Shown piece by piece: positions 35,841-44,585 of a stretch of DNA of 64,000 nt. Under the pieces are notes generated by a model, which was given only the letters and a program-made list of their open reading frames with translations, did not search any database and was not told where the DNA came from. Numbering within the stretch: the first letter of the stretch is position 1; each line of letters begins with the position of its first letter. Source of the DNA: a virus; the IMG/VR virus record IMGVR_UViG_3300025913_000021, positions 64,001 to 128,000 of that record; one strand, 5' to 3'. The translations under genes and the position numbers were made by a program.

Positions 35841-38114
35841 CTAGCTGATCGCGGAAAGCTCCGGTTGGTCGTAGCTCTCCTCCTGCTTGTCGAACGCGTA
35901 CTTCCAGGTGTACGGGTCGCCCCGCTTGCCCGAGCCGACGCGCTCGAAGTCCTTGCGGGTGTCCATGATGTCGATCAAGTGCATCTTGATCCGTCCAGGC
36001 TGGCACCCGAACCTGGCCGACGCCATGTGCAGGAACTCGTCCTCGATGACCGGGACGACCTCCAGCAGCACGTTGGCGACGTTCTCCGTGGACAGCGGCA
36101 AGCGCTTGGCGTGCACGCGCCGGTACGCCGCCGTGGTGCCCTCATCCTCGTCGTCCTCGGAGGAGAACTTGAACGGGGCGATCTCCGTGTAGTTGATCGA
36201 CTCCTTGCCGCGCTTGAGCAGCAGCGGGTCCGGTGCAGCCGCGTCACGGAACGCGGTGAAGGAGCAGATCACGTCGTAGGGGTTGGCGACCGAGCGCTCC
36301 TTGAAGTTCAGCAGCACCGTGCCGTTGACCCAGCCGGTCCAGAGGAACGAACCGGCGACCGAATCGACATCCGGCATTTCGTTGCGGGCGTTGCTGCCCT
36401 TCTTCTGGTGGTGCGTGAGGATGATCGAGACGCCGGTCTCGGCGATCACCTCGTCCAGCACCGCGAACACCTTGGTCAGTGAGCGCGAGGACTCGAAGTC
36501 GCCGCCGCCGAAGAACTTGTAGGCCGTGTCCAGGATGACGACCTCGGCGCTGTTGGCCGTCACCAGGTTGATCAACTGGTTGGCCGCGTTGTCGGCGTCG
36601 AGCCGCAGCGCGAAGTCGTGGTCGATGAGCAGCTTCTCCTCGGCGAGCTGATAGCCCGGCCGTCCGTCCATGAGCGTGTTGAGCCGGTCGTAGAGACTGC
36701 GCTTGCTCAGCTCACGGTCGAGCAGCAGCACTCTATGGCCGGGCGTCGGATTGCTGTTGGCGATCCCGAACCCCGGGAAGCCACCGCCCTTGCTCGTGGC
36801 CAGGAACGGGATGCCCGCCGCGATCGAGCACGCGAGGTTCTGCGCGAAGATGCTCTTGCCGACCTTCGGGGCTCCCGTGATCAGCAGCCGTCCACCCTTC
36901 GGCAGCAGACCGTTATCGACGAGGAACACCGCCTCCTCGGGAGGTGCCTGACGGATTTGGGCGAACGTCTGAACGACGAACGGTGACACCTTCGGCTTGC
37001 CGTCCACCAGCATGTCGAAGTCCATGAAGGTCTGGCCGTCGCGCATGATGAACTCGTTGATGTCCGTCTTGGGCGCGCCCTCGGGCAGCGGCAGCACGAC
37101 GTTGCGAGCCCGGTGCCCGAAGAAGTCCAGCAGCTTCGTCGCCGCGTCCTGGCCCGGGTTGTGCCCGGCGCAGTCCGCCTTCTCGACCGTGCCGCACTTC
37201 CGGCAGTTCTCGCGCTGATGCACGGCCGGGTTGTCGTTGTCCAGGACGATCACGATGTCCTTGGCGTGCATGAAGTATTGCGCCCACTCGGGCTTGAAGT
37301 TGGCCGCGCCCGGCAGCGACACCGCCATCTTCCCGTTGCGGGCGAGCAGCATCGCCTTGAACTCGCCCTCGCAGATGTAGACCCGGCCGCGCTCGTCACC
37401 GTTGGCGTGCCCTGGGTTGAACAGCCGCAGCGGGTCCTCGCGCACGGTGTCGTTCTGGCGCTCCCACCAATACTTCGACCCGTTGGGCCCGCCGTACATC
37501 GGCTTGCCCTTCTCGTTCACGCCGCGCTGCACCGGGTCGTAGTAGCGGAACGCGACCGGCCGACGACCCTCCAGGTAGGGGATGACGTAGTAGCCGCCGG
37601 AGTTCTTGCACTCCTCGATCTGCTCCTCCGTCATGCCCTCGGTGGGCTCCTTGACGTAGCGGTAGCCGATGCGGAAGCGGTCGATGATCTCGTCGTTGAG
37701 CCCCTTCTCGTACAGCACCTGGCGCAGGTCCGTTGTCAGACGCGCCTGGTACTTCTGGAGTTCGACGTTCTTGCTCTTGAAGCTCATCAAGAGCTGCGGG
37801 TCGTCGTTCACGCCGAAGAACTTCGAAAGGGTCTGGAGGTTGCCGCTCTCACCGCAGCTCGCCGCCTGGCAGTAATACTGCGAGGTCTTGGCGTCCAGGT
37901 AGAAGTGCGTCTTTTCGTTGCGGCCGAGCGAGCCTTCCTCCTCATGGAAGGGGCACTTGAACTCGTACTGGCCGTTCTGCGGTGCGACGCGGCGGGAGAG
38001 GAACCCGTACTTCTCCAATAGCTGCTTGGCGGCTTCGCCCTCGTTCCTCGGCCCACTTGCCCTTTGTTCGGATTGGGCGCTACGCTGATCGGGCACCAGC
38101 ATGAGACGAGCCAC
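35841..38114 (-). CDS. DNA primase-helicase (Zn finger + TOPRIM + RecA-like AAA_25)
   Basis: CPFH...YYCQAASC; ICEGEFKA and LDND; Walker A GAPKVGKS; Walker B VVILDT; LTHHQKK. Confidence 0.9.
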   Translation of the reverse strand: MARLMLVPDQRSAQSEQRASGPRNEGEAAKQLLEKYGFLSRRVAPQNGQYEFKCPFHEEEGSLGRNEKTHFYLDAKTSQYYCQAASCGESGNLQTLSKFFGVNDDPQLLMSFKSKNVELQKYQARLTTDLRQVLYEKGLNDEIIDRFRIGYRYVKEPTEGMTEEQIEECKNSGGYYVIPYLEGRRPVAFRYYDPVQRGVNEKGKPMYGGPNGSKYWWERQNDTVREDPLRLFNPGHANGDERGRVYICEGEFKAMLLARNGKMAVSLPGAANFKPEWAQYFMHAKDIVIVLDNDNPAVHQRENCRKCGTVEKADCAGHNPGQDAATKLLDFFGHRARNVVLPLPEGAPKTDINEFIMRDGQTFMDFDMLVDGKPKVSPFVVQTFAQIRQAPPEEAVFLVDNGLLPKGGRLLITGAPKVGKSIFAQNLACSIAAGIPFLATSKGGGFPGFGIANSNPTPGHRVLLLDRELSKRSLYDRLNTLMDGRPGYQLAEEKLLIDHDFALRLDADNAANQLINLVTANSAEVVILDTAYKFFGGGDFESSRSLTKVFAVLDEVIAETGVSIILTHHQKKGSNARNEMPDVDSVAGSFLWTGWVNGTVLLNFKERSVANPYDVICSFTAFRDAAAPDPLLLKRGKESINYTEIAPFKFSSEDDEDEGTTAAYRRVHAKRLPLSTENVANVLLEVVPVIEDEFLHMASARFGCQPGRIKMHLIDIMDTRKDFERVGSGKRGDPYTWKYAFDKQEESYDQPELSAIS

Positions 38115-38163
38115 GGTTCAGTTCCTATCTCTCTCGGGACGGGCGAAGTGCTTATCGTGCTGG

Positions 38164-38200
38164 GAGAGGGGTCCGAGCGGTCGAGGTTCGGACCCCTCTC
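38164..38200. terminator. 13-bp hairpin between SSB and primase
   Basis: GAGAGGGGTCCGA / TCGGACCCCTCTC. Confidence 0.65.
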
Positions 38201-38212
38201 AGCATCTTCCGC

Positions 38213-38803
38213 CTAGAACGGCGGGTCGTCGTCCGCCACCGCCCAGGCCGGGACCTGAGTAGACGGTGCCGGGACCTGCGGCTGGGATTGGACGGCCGTC
38301 TGAACGCTCGTCGGCTGCTGGCTCGGGGCGTCGTCCTTGAACAGCCCGGCCGGGATGTTGGCCGTGCCGCCGAGCGGACCTGCCGGGAGCATGTCGTCGA
38401 TCTGGTGCCGACGGCTGCCGTCGTTGCGGACGTAGGAGCCGGTGACCGCCTTGGCCTGGCGACCGATGAGCAGGTCGGTGTCCAGCTCGAAGCCCGCGTC
38501 CAGCTCGCCCATGTTGAGCAGGGCCTCGCTCCAGCGACGGAGCTTGTTGTCCGGGTGCGTGGTGAAGCGGTTGCTGGTCGAGCCCCAGATGTTCGAGCCG
38601 ATCAGCTCCATGTACTCCTCGTCGCCCTTGAAGCGGTCGGGGATGTCACGGATGACGCACTTGAACTCCAGCTTGGTCCAGCCCTCGCCGCCGCCCTTCG
38701 GGGTGACGTTGCGCTCGCGGATGTCCTGGACCTCGATGAGGATCAGCGTCTCGTCCGGCAGGACGCCGAACTCCTTCGCTTCCTCCAACATCATCTTCGG
38801 CAT
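38213..38803 (-). CDS. single-stranded DNA-binding protein
   Basis: Beta-rich N-domain, Q/P-rich linker, acidic-aromatic tail DDDPPF; located between recombinase and primase. Confidence 0.75.
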   Translation of the reverse strand: MPKMMLEEAKEFGVLPDETLILIEVQDIRERNVTPKGGGEGWTKLEFKCVIRDIPDRFKGDEEYMELIGSNIWGSTSNRFTTHPDNKLRRWSEALLNMGELDAGFELDTDLLIGRQAKAVTGSYVRNDGSRRHQIDDMLPAGPLGGTANIPAGLFKDDAPSQQPTSVQTAVQSQPQVPAPSTQVPAWAVADDDPPF

Positions 38804-38854
38804 TGCTGTACTCGCTCTCTGGTATCGGCGTTATCGCTGGGATCTGCTGGCGTC

Positions 38855-40396
38855 TCAGACCGACGCCTTGGTCTTGCTCTCGGCCTTGTAGTCCTTCACG
38901 CACAAGGGCTTCTGGAAGCGGGTCATGGCGAGGTTGGCGATGTCCACGTCGTCCACCACCTCCCCACACGTCGCGCACTTGGTGCCTGGCACGACCTCGC
39001 GTCCAATCTCCACGCCGCCTAGCTGGTCCTTCACGAGCGCCACGGCCTCGTCCATCTGGGCCTGCTCGGAAGTCCCCGTTTCGGGAGGCGTAGGAGTTGC
39101 ATCGGCCGAGGGAGCCGGGGTTGTCACCTCCTCTGCGGGCTCCACGGGAGGCTTCGGCGGGGTCTCGACGTTTCCGACGCCCGTCTGAACGCCGGGCAGG
39201 TCCCCGGCGTAGGCGTCGTACGCCTTGAGGTAGTCGATGATCGTCCCCCGGTCGGTGACCTGACCGGCCAGAGCGTCGGCCTTCACCGCGACGAACCACT
39301 TCGCGATCATGCGGGCCTTGCCCAGAGTCCAGGTCTGGATGTCGGCCGGAAGCGCCAGAGAATGGGCCATGTAGTGCTTCGTGAGGACCTGGAGACCGCC
39401 CGCGTTGATCGGCTTGTCGTCGTCCGACAGGGGCACGCCGGGGGTCGTCGCCTCGGTCGGCTGCGGCGCGGGAGCCGGTGCTGCGGCGGGAGCAGGTTCG
39501 GGCGCGCTGGGCGCTTGTGCCGTGCTCACGTTTTGAGCGCCAGTTGGAGCCTGCTCGGGCTCCGGGAGGTTGGCGATCTTGATGCCCTCGGTCGCCTGCG
39601 GCTGAGCCACCGGCTTCGGCGCATCCACCGTGATCTCGGTCGGGTTCTGGCTCGGCACGTCGCGCTTGATGCCCTTGAACACCGCATCGAACAGCGTCGA
39701 GAACTTCGGCTCGCTGATCTCCGGCACCCGGCCCGCCGCCCGGTTGCCCAGACTCGGGTTCTTGAGGTCGCCCTCGTTCTTGAGGAAGTACGCGATCTTC
39801 GGGTTGCCCTGCGCGTCCACCTGCCGGTCGCGGAACGCGAGCAGCGAGAAGTCCACGAAGCCCGCCACCTCGTCCTTGATCCCGCCCTGGAGCGCGGGAG
39901 CGTAAATGAGCCTCGACTCGTCGTCCTGCGTGGTGCTCGTGTGCACCGTGAAGATCACGTTCATCGGCAGCGCGACGAACGCCTTGAGGATCGTCGCCAT
40001 GCGCTCCTTGAGCGTGCCCCAGTCGGCCTGCTGCATGGACGTGCGTCGGTTTTCCTTGAGGATCTCCTTCTTGAGCATCTCCTGCCAGGCGTCGAGCGTG
40101 TCGATCGCCACCGTGTCGATCTGCGGCAGGCCGAGCTGCTTCGCCGCCTTCGAGCGCATCGTGTCGTCCTGGAGGACGGTGTGCAGCGTCTGGAGCTTGT
40201 CCGTGCCGTCGATCTCGACGTACGGGATGTCCATGTGCGCGATGGACATCAGGCCCGCCTCCACGGCCGCGACGACGATGTTCGGCGCGGTCGCCAGGAA
40301 GGTGGTCTTGCCGGACTTCGGTGGACCCTGCAACAGGATCTTGAGGTAGCGCGGGTAGTCGGCATCACCCGTGCGCTTGAACGCGAACTGAGCCAT
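38855..40396 (-). CDS. AAA_24 / Sak4-like ATPase with Pro-rich linker and C-terminal Zn finger
   Basis: GPPKSGKTT, TVAIDTL, VIFTVH; C-terminal CATC...LC. Confidence 0.8.
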   Translation of the reverse strand: MAQFAFKRTGDADYPRYLKILLQGPPKSGKTTFLATAPNIVVAAVEAGLMSIAHMDIPYVEIDGTDKLQTLHTVLQDDTMRSKAAKQLGLPQIDTVAIDTLDAWQEMLKKEILKENRRTSMQQADWGTLKERMATILKAFVALPMNVIFTVHTSTTQDDESRLIYAPALQGGIKDEVAGFVDFSLLAFRDRQVDAQGNPKIAYFLKNEGDLKNPSLGNRAAGRVPEISEPKFSTLFDAVFKGIKRDVPSQNPTEITVDAPKPVAQPQATEGIKIANLPEPEQAPTGAQNVSTAQAPSAPEPAPAAAPAPAPQPTEATTPGVPLSDDDKPINAGGLQVLTKHYMAHSLALPADIQTWTLGKARMIAKWFVAVKADALAGQVTDRGTIIDYLKAYDAYAGDLPGVQTGVGNVETPPKPPVEPAEEVTTPAPSADATPTPPETGTSEQAQMDEAVALVKDQLGGVEIGREVVPGTKCATCGEVVDDVDIANLAMTRFQKPLCVKDYKAESKTKASV

Positions 40397-40420
40397 TCCA
40401 ATCTCTCTCTCTGTTGGGGA

Positions 40421-40453
40421 CCGCGCGGGGTCGGCCGAGGTAACCCCGCGCGG
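40421..40453. terminator. 11-bp hairpin upstream of the AAA gene
   Basis: CCGCGCGGGGT / ACCCCGCGCGG. Confidence 0.55.
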
Positions 40454-40465
40454 CCGGTCCTGTTC

Positions 40466-40855
40466 CTACGTCGCCCGCCACACGGTCTGTGGCGACTGAT
40501 GAGAACTCATCCGCGTCTGGCCGGTGTCCACGACGAAGCCGTCGCGCACCAGCTCCCGCACTCGCGGGCCGACGTGGCTGTACTCCATGCCGAGCCTGGT
40601 GCCCAGCTCCTCGTAGGTCAGTCCGTTCGTACCGGCAGCGGTGATCGCGTCCAGGCACAAGCGGCGGTTGGTTCCGGCCTTCGGTGCTCCTGCTCGGGCA
40701 CCGGCCTTCTGCACGGCGTTGTCGGTCGAGGCGCTCAACGTCGGCGGGTTGCGTGGGATCGACTTGCCCGCGTTCGAGGGGCACGTCGGGTCGGTGCACT
40801 GCATGGTCGCCGTGTCCTTGCTGACCTGCATGCACTGGAGGCAACGGACCTTCAT
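40466..40855 (-). CDS. winged-helix DNA-binding protein with N-terminal Cys motif
   Basis: GLTYEELGTRLG......PRVRELVRDGFVVDTG; CLQC...CTDPTC. Confidence 0.7.
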   Translation of the reverse strand: MKVRCLQCMQVSKDTATMQCTDPTCPSNAGKSIPRNPPTLSASTDNAVQKAGARAGAPKAGTNRRLCLDAITAAGTNGLTYEELGTRLGMEYSHVGPRVRELVRDGFVVDTGQTRMSSHQSPQTVWRAT

Positions 40856-41346
40856 CAGTGCCCCACGTACCCGATCCCCACGTGATCGGTGTAAGCGTCC
40901 ATGCTGATCAACTCGACGCCTCGGTTGACCGAACCGACGATGCCGGTCGCGTTGACGACGGCGCGGGAGAGCTTGCCCTGCTTGCCGACGAACACCGCGA
41001 CGTGGCTGACGCTGTTCGGGTGCGTGATCGAGCCGTAGTAGAACACCAGATCGCCGGGCTTGATCCAGAACATCGGCCAGTGCAGAGCACCGTGACCGGC
41101 GTCGTGCAGCGTCTTGCCGTGCTCGTCGATGCGGATGCCTCGGGCCACCGTGCGCACGCCGGGCGCGGTGATGAGCGCACCGGAGTTGTGCGGCAGCTCG
41201 ATGAACGGCTTCCAGGCAGCGAGCACCGAGCCGGAGCAGTCGTAGCTGTTCGGGCCCGCCGCGCCCCACTGGTAGGGCTTGCCGAGCTGACTCAGCGCAC
41301 GCTGTACGACCTCGGTGCGCTGCAAGTCGGTGAATCGGACGCTCAT
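40855..41346 (-). CDS. NlpC/P60 cysteine peptidase
   Basis: LGKPYQWGAAGPNSYDCSG, PGDLVFY, SHVAVFVG. Confidence 0.9.
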   Translation of the reverse strand: MSVRFTDLQRTEVVQRALSQLGKPYQWGAAGPNSYDCSGSVLAAWKPFIELPHNSGALITAPGVRTVARGIRIDEHGKTLHDAGHGALHWPMFWIKPGDLVFYYGSITHPNSVSHVAVFVGKQGKLSRAVVNATGIVGSVNRGVELISMDAYTDHVGIGYVGH

Positions 41347-41630
41347 CCGATCTGCACCTCCACCCATCCATCCTCGGGATCGGTCATCTTGACCATCGTG
41401 AGCTTGTAGTGCATGGCGATGAGATCGACCTGGGCCAGCGAGTCCTCGCGGACCATGCCCTTCCACCAGGGCCGGTACCTCAGCGTCGCCATGATCTCGC
41501 CGCAGGCCCATCCGGCGACGAACGCCTCGTCGTCGTACGGCCCGCCTCGCGAAGTGACGACGGTGAACGGCATGACCAGGCTGAACTCCTGGCCACCCTC
41601 GTCGGTGAAGTGCTGATCGTCGTCGGTCAC
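41343..41630 (-). CDS. hypothetical protein
   Basis: LVMPF..VTS.GGPYDD.AFVAGW. Confidence 0.6.
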   Translation of the reverse strand: MTDDDQHFTDEGGQEFSLVMPFTVVTSRGGPYDDEAFVAGWACGEIMATLRYRPWWKGMVREDSLAQVDLIAMHYKLTMVKMTDPEDGWVEVQIG

Positions 41631-41754
41631 AACGCCCACTCCGTTCCGCAGGAGCACTTCACGAGCAGTCCCTTCGCACTGATGTCCCAGAGCGGCGCGG
41701 AGACGCGGCGCTCCTCCTGCTTGTGCTTGAGCACCTTGCGGTGCCACCAGCGGT

Positions 41755-41985
41755 TCACGGGATCAACTGGATCGCTCGGGCGGTGTTCTCGCCGCGCTTG
41801 ATCCATCCCTGCATTTCCAGTCGGCGCAGTCGGCTCTGCACGGTGGACGTGCTCGACAACCCGACGGCCTTGCCGATCTCACGCACCGTCGGAGCCCAGC
41901 CGGTCTCCTCGATGTGCTTTTGGATGAACGTCAGAATCTTCTTGTCGTGGGCGGTGGGCTTGGGTCGCTCGATGACGGCCTTCAC
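41755..41985 (-). CDS. stand-alone LexA-type N-terminal DNA-binding domain (no peptidase domain)
   Basis: ILTFIQKHIEETGWAPTVREIGKAVGLSSTSTVQSRLRRLEMQGWIKR...RAI, then stop at 76 aa; GAGGAGGG RBS. Confidence 0.85.
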   Translation of the reverse strand: MKAVIERPKPTAHDKKILTFIQKHIEETGWAPTVREIGKAVGLSSTSTVQSRLRRLEMQGWIKRGENTARAIQLIP

Positions 41986-42788
41986 TCCAGTCCCTCCTCG
42001 GCTCGTGATGGCAACCCGCAGACCTTCCGGAACTCGCAGAACTCGCACTTCTCGCCGGACAGGTCCGGCACGAAGATCCCGAGAGCGATGCTCTGCTCGA
42101 TCTGGTCGCACGCGTAGCGCAGACGGTTGTAGTGCATCTGGGTGCGTTGCCCGGCGGTGATCCGCTTCGGTGCACGAAGCTGCACCCACTCGCCCTCGCG
42201 GGGCGCGTTGGCCAGCTCGGTGAACAGTCGCGGGCCGTCGGGGATGTTGGCCCAGAACTCCTGCTGGGTGGTCGCGTAGCAGTAGGCGGAGAACTGCACG
42301 TCGTGTGCGAGGTAGTCCCTCGTCGGCTGCTTGCTGCCGGTCTTGTAGTCGCTGATCAGGACGCTGTACGAGCCGTCCTTCTGGGTTCGCAGGCACACCT
42401 TGTCGGCCGTGCCCGCGAGGGTGCTGCCGTCACCGATGGGGACCTCGAACTGGTACTCACGGGCGAGCACGATGTCGGTGTCCCACTGGATCAAGGACCA
42501 CCAGTCGCGCAGGATGCGGTAGCCCAGGTCGGTGTAGGTCGAGTGGTCGTATCGGGGGATCAGGTAGTCGTAGTCGAGATCGAAGTCCGCGAGGTGTTGC
42601 CAGATCGCGGTGAAACGATCTATGCCGACCTGCGGGTCGTAGGCCAGCTCCATCTGCATCACGGCATCGTGGATCGCCGTGCCGAAGCTCATCGCGCTGG
42701 ACTGTTCGCGCGGTGCTCCCTGATCTTGGAAGCGATACCGCAGCGAGCACTCCGTGAACAACTTGATGGTGGACTGGCGGAACTGCAT
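41982..42788 (-). CDS. PD-(D/E)xK exonuclease (RecB/Cas4-like)
   Basis: FTECSLRY, FGTAIH, GTADKV, ISDYKTG, QFSAY, CEFCEFRKVC. Confidence 0.87.
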   Translation of the reverse strand: MQFRQSTIKLFTECSLRYRFQDQGAPREQSSAMSFGTAIHDAVMQMELAYDPQVGIDRFTAIWQHLADFDLDYDYLIPRYDHSTYTDLGYRILRDWWSLIQWDTDIVLAREYQFEVPIGDGSTLAGTADKVCLRTQKDGSYSVLISDYKTGSKQPTRDYLAHDVQFSAYCYATTQQEFWANIPDGPRLFTELANAPREGEWVQLRAPKRITAGQRTQMHYNRLRYACDQIEQSIALGIFVPDLSGEKCEFCEFRKVCGLPSRAEEGLE

Positions 42789-42830
42789 GCCAGTCACCCT
42801 CCCACCCACCACTGACAAGAACGGCCCGTC

Positions 42831-42980
42831 GAATCCGAACATCGGACCCGTTTGTTCGAGTCGTTCGAGGCGGTGTCGAGGAAGTTAGCACCCTCTACAG
42901 AGGGTCACCAAGACCCAGTTTTTGCCCGTCTTTGTTCGGATTGGCAGGCTGTTCGGACGAACGTCCGTTCCTGCTCGTTC
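42831..42980. promoter_or_regulatory. control region for the replication operon, with clustered GTTCG/CCGAACA sites and an SOS-box-like GAAC-N4-GTTC
   Basis: CCGAACA 42835-42841; TGTTCGG 42933-42939 and 42950-42956; CGAACGTCCGTTC 42958-42970. Confidence 0.55.
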
Positions 42981-42993
42981 ACAGAGAGTACGC

Positions 42994-43464
42994 CTAGTTT
43001 CCTGGCGTCGCCGGGCCTGCTGGGGACTCGCCTGTGGACTGCACCGACCCGATCTTCCCGACGCTCATCGAGTGCCGACTCACGTAGCTCATCGGCTGGT
43101 CGGACACGTCGGTCCTGGGTGGGAGGCCGAGCTTCTCGTCGGTGACGCCCTTGCGCTGGAGCTTGTCGCTGATGCCGCTGGGCTTCCATACCCGCAGGTA
43201 CGAACCCTCGGCCAGCAGCCACGTCGTGACCGCGCTGATCACGCTGGCCTGCCACACGAAGTGCTGGTTCGCCTTGATCGCGTCGAGCCACTGAGTGAGC
43301 ACGGCCGAGACGCCGGATAGACCCGCGAGGATCGCAGCCTTGAGCCCCTTGTTCATGGACTCGTTGGTGAAGTAGCCAACCGCGTTCGGCAGGACGATGC
43401 CGATGATCAGCGAGATCACGCCCGCCGTGTTGAAGGCGACCGCGACTGGGGCGTTGGAGGACAT
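42994..43464 (-). CDS. holin-like membrane protein
   Basis: Three hydrophobic segments; W-K-P-x-G ending seen in actinophage holins; downstream of tail genes. Confidence 0.6.
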   Translation of the reverse strand: MSSNAPVAVAFNTAGVISLIIGIVLPNAVGYFTNESMNKGLKAAILAGLSGVSAVLTQWLDAIKANQHFVWQASVISAVTTWLLAEGSYLRVWKPSGISDKLQRKGVTDEKLGLPPRTDVSDQPMSYVSRHSMSVGKIGSVQSTGESPAGPATPGN

Positions 43465-43769
43465 GGATTCCCTTCCGATGAGCGTCAGTACCTCATCGGG
43501 ATCATGCCTCCTGGGACGGAGCTACGCGCGGTGGCGGGCTCGCTGGTTCGCCGCCATCATGGCCTCGGCCAGGCTCTCGCGGTCGTGCTCGTTGACGGCG
43601 TGGATTGCGTCCAGCGTGACGTTGCTGATCTCCAGGGTCACGGTCGTCTTGCGGTGCTTCGGGGAGAAGTGCCACGTCACGGCCGTGACATCACGAACTT
43701 CCTCGCCGTCGAGGGTCACCTGCGTTCCTTCGACCGTCCCGTCGCTGACGATGCGCAACCCGTCCATGA

Positions 43770-44585
43770 CTATCCCGTCCCCGAATCCGCTGCCGACGCC
43801 ACGGGTCGCGGCTTGTCGATCAGCGGGACTAGCACTGCCAGGAAGAACACCGCTGCCAGCAACGATGCGATGTCAGTCCACAGGAACAGCTTCCCGCTTC
43901 CGGGCCCAATGTGATAGGCCCCACCGGCTATTTCGATGGCCTGGGCAAGGCGGCGGAACGCCATCGTGACGAACACGAGCCCGAGACTGACGCCAAGTAC
44001 CGACCACTCCCGGGTGCGCCGATGCACCCGAAGTTGATAACTCAGCCATATAGCGCTCAACATCAAGTAGAGCCCGGTCAAGATCAGGTTATAGCTGGAG
44101 TCGAAGTGCCACCAGCGAAAGTGCGTATGTCTGAACCGAGCTACGTCCACGGTTCGCATTATGAATGCCCCGATGTAAGCCCCGAGTGCAAGAACGACTC
44201 CAAGGAGCCACGCGGGGGTGGTTCTCACGATCCTCTGAGGCAAACTCCGGGCAAGTCGGACACGCTCCCACCCGAAGATCAGTAGTGGCGGGAAGCACAC
44301 GATCAACGAACCGATGTCCAGCGCGCGAATTCCGCGCGGGCCGGTCAGGTGCATGTTGAGCGTGTAGACACCGTGAACGATCGCGTACAACCCCGAGGTG
44401 AGCGATACCGTCACCATGCCTAGGCCAAAAACCGCCGCCCGTCCTTTTCGCTGTCGCAAATACGGCAGCGCTTCGTAGGCGAAAAAGATGCCGAGGATGA
44501 CGAAGTTCAATAAGCCGAGAATGATCTGCGTCCACCCCCAGAAGTGACTCGCGCTCGTCGGCGTATTCAGCACCGGCCAGCTCAT
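43770..44585 (-). CDS. multi-pass membrane protein with atypical codon usage
   Basis: About 7 hydrophobic segments; visibly more A/T-ending codons than its neighbours. Confidence 0.65.
   Translation of the reverse strand: MSWPVLNTPTSASHFWGWTQIILGLLNFVILGIFFAYEALPYLRQRKGRAAVFGLGMVTVSLTSGLYAIVHGVYTLNMHLTGPRGIRALDIGSLIVCFPPLLIFGWERVRLARSLPQRIVRTTPAWLLGVVLALGAYIGAFIMRTVDVARFRHTHFRWWHFDSSYNLILTGLYLMLSAIWLSYQLRVHRRTREWSVLGVSLGLVFVTMAFRRLAQAIEIAGGAYHIGPGSGKLFLWTDIASLLAAVFFLAVLVPLIDKPRPVASAADSGTG

Noticed and set aside
41982-42788. Cas4-like nuclease as a sign of CRISPR
   Set aside because: No repeat-spacer array or other cas genes seen; such nucleases are common phage recombination exonucleases
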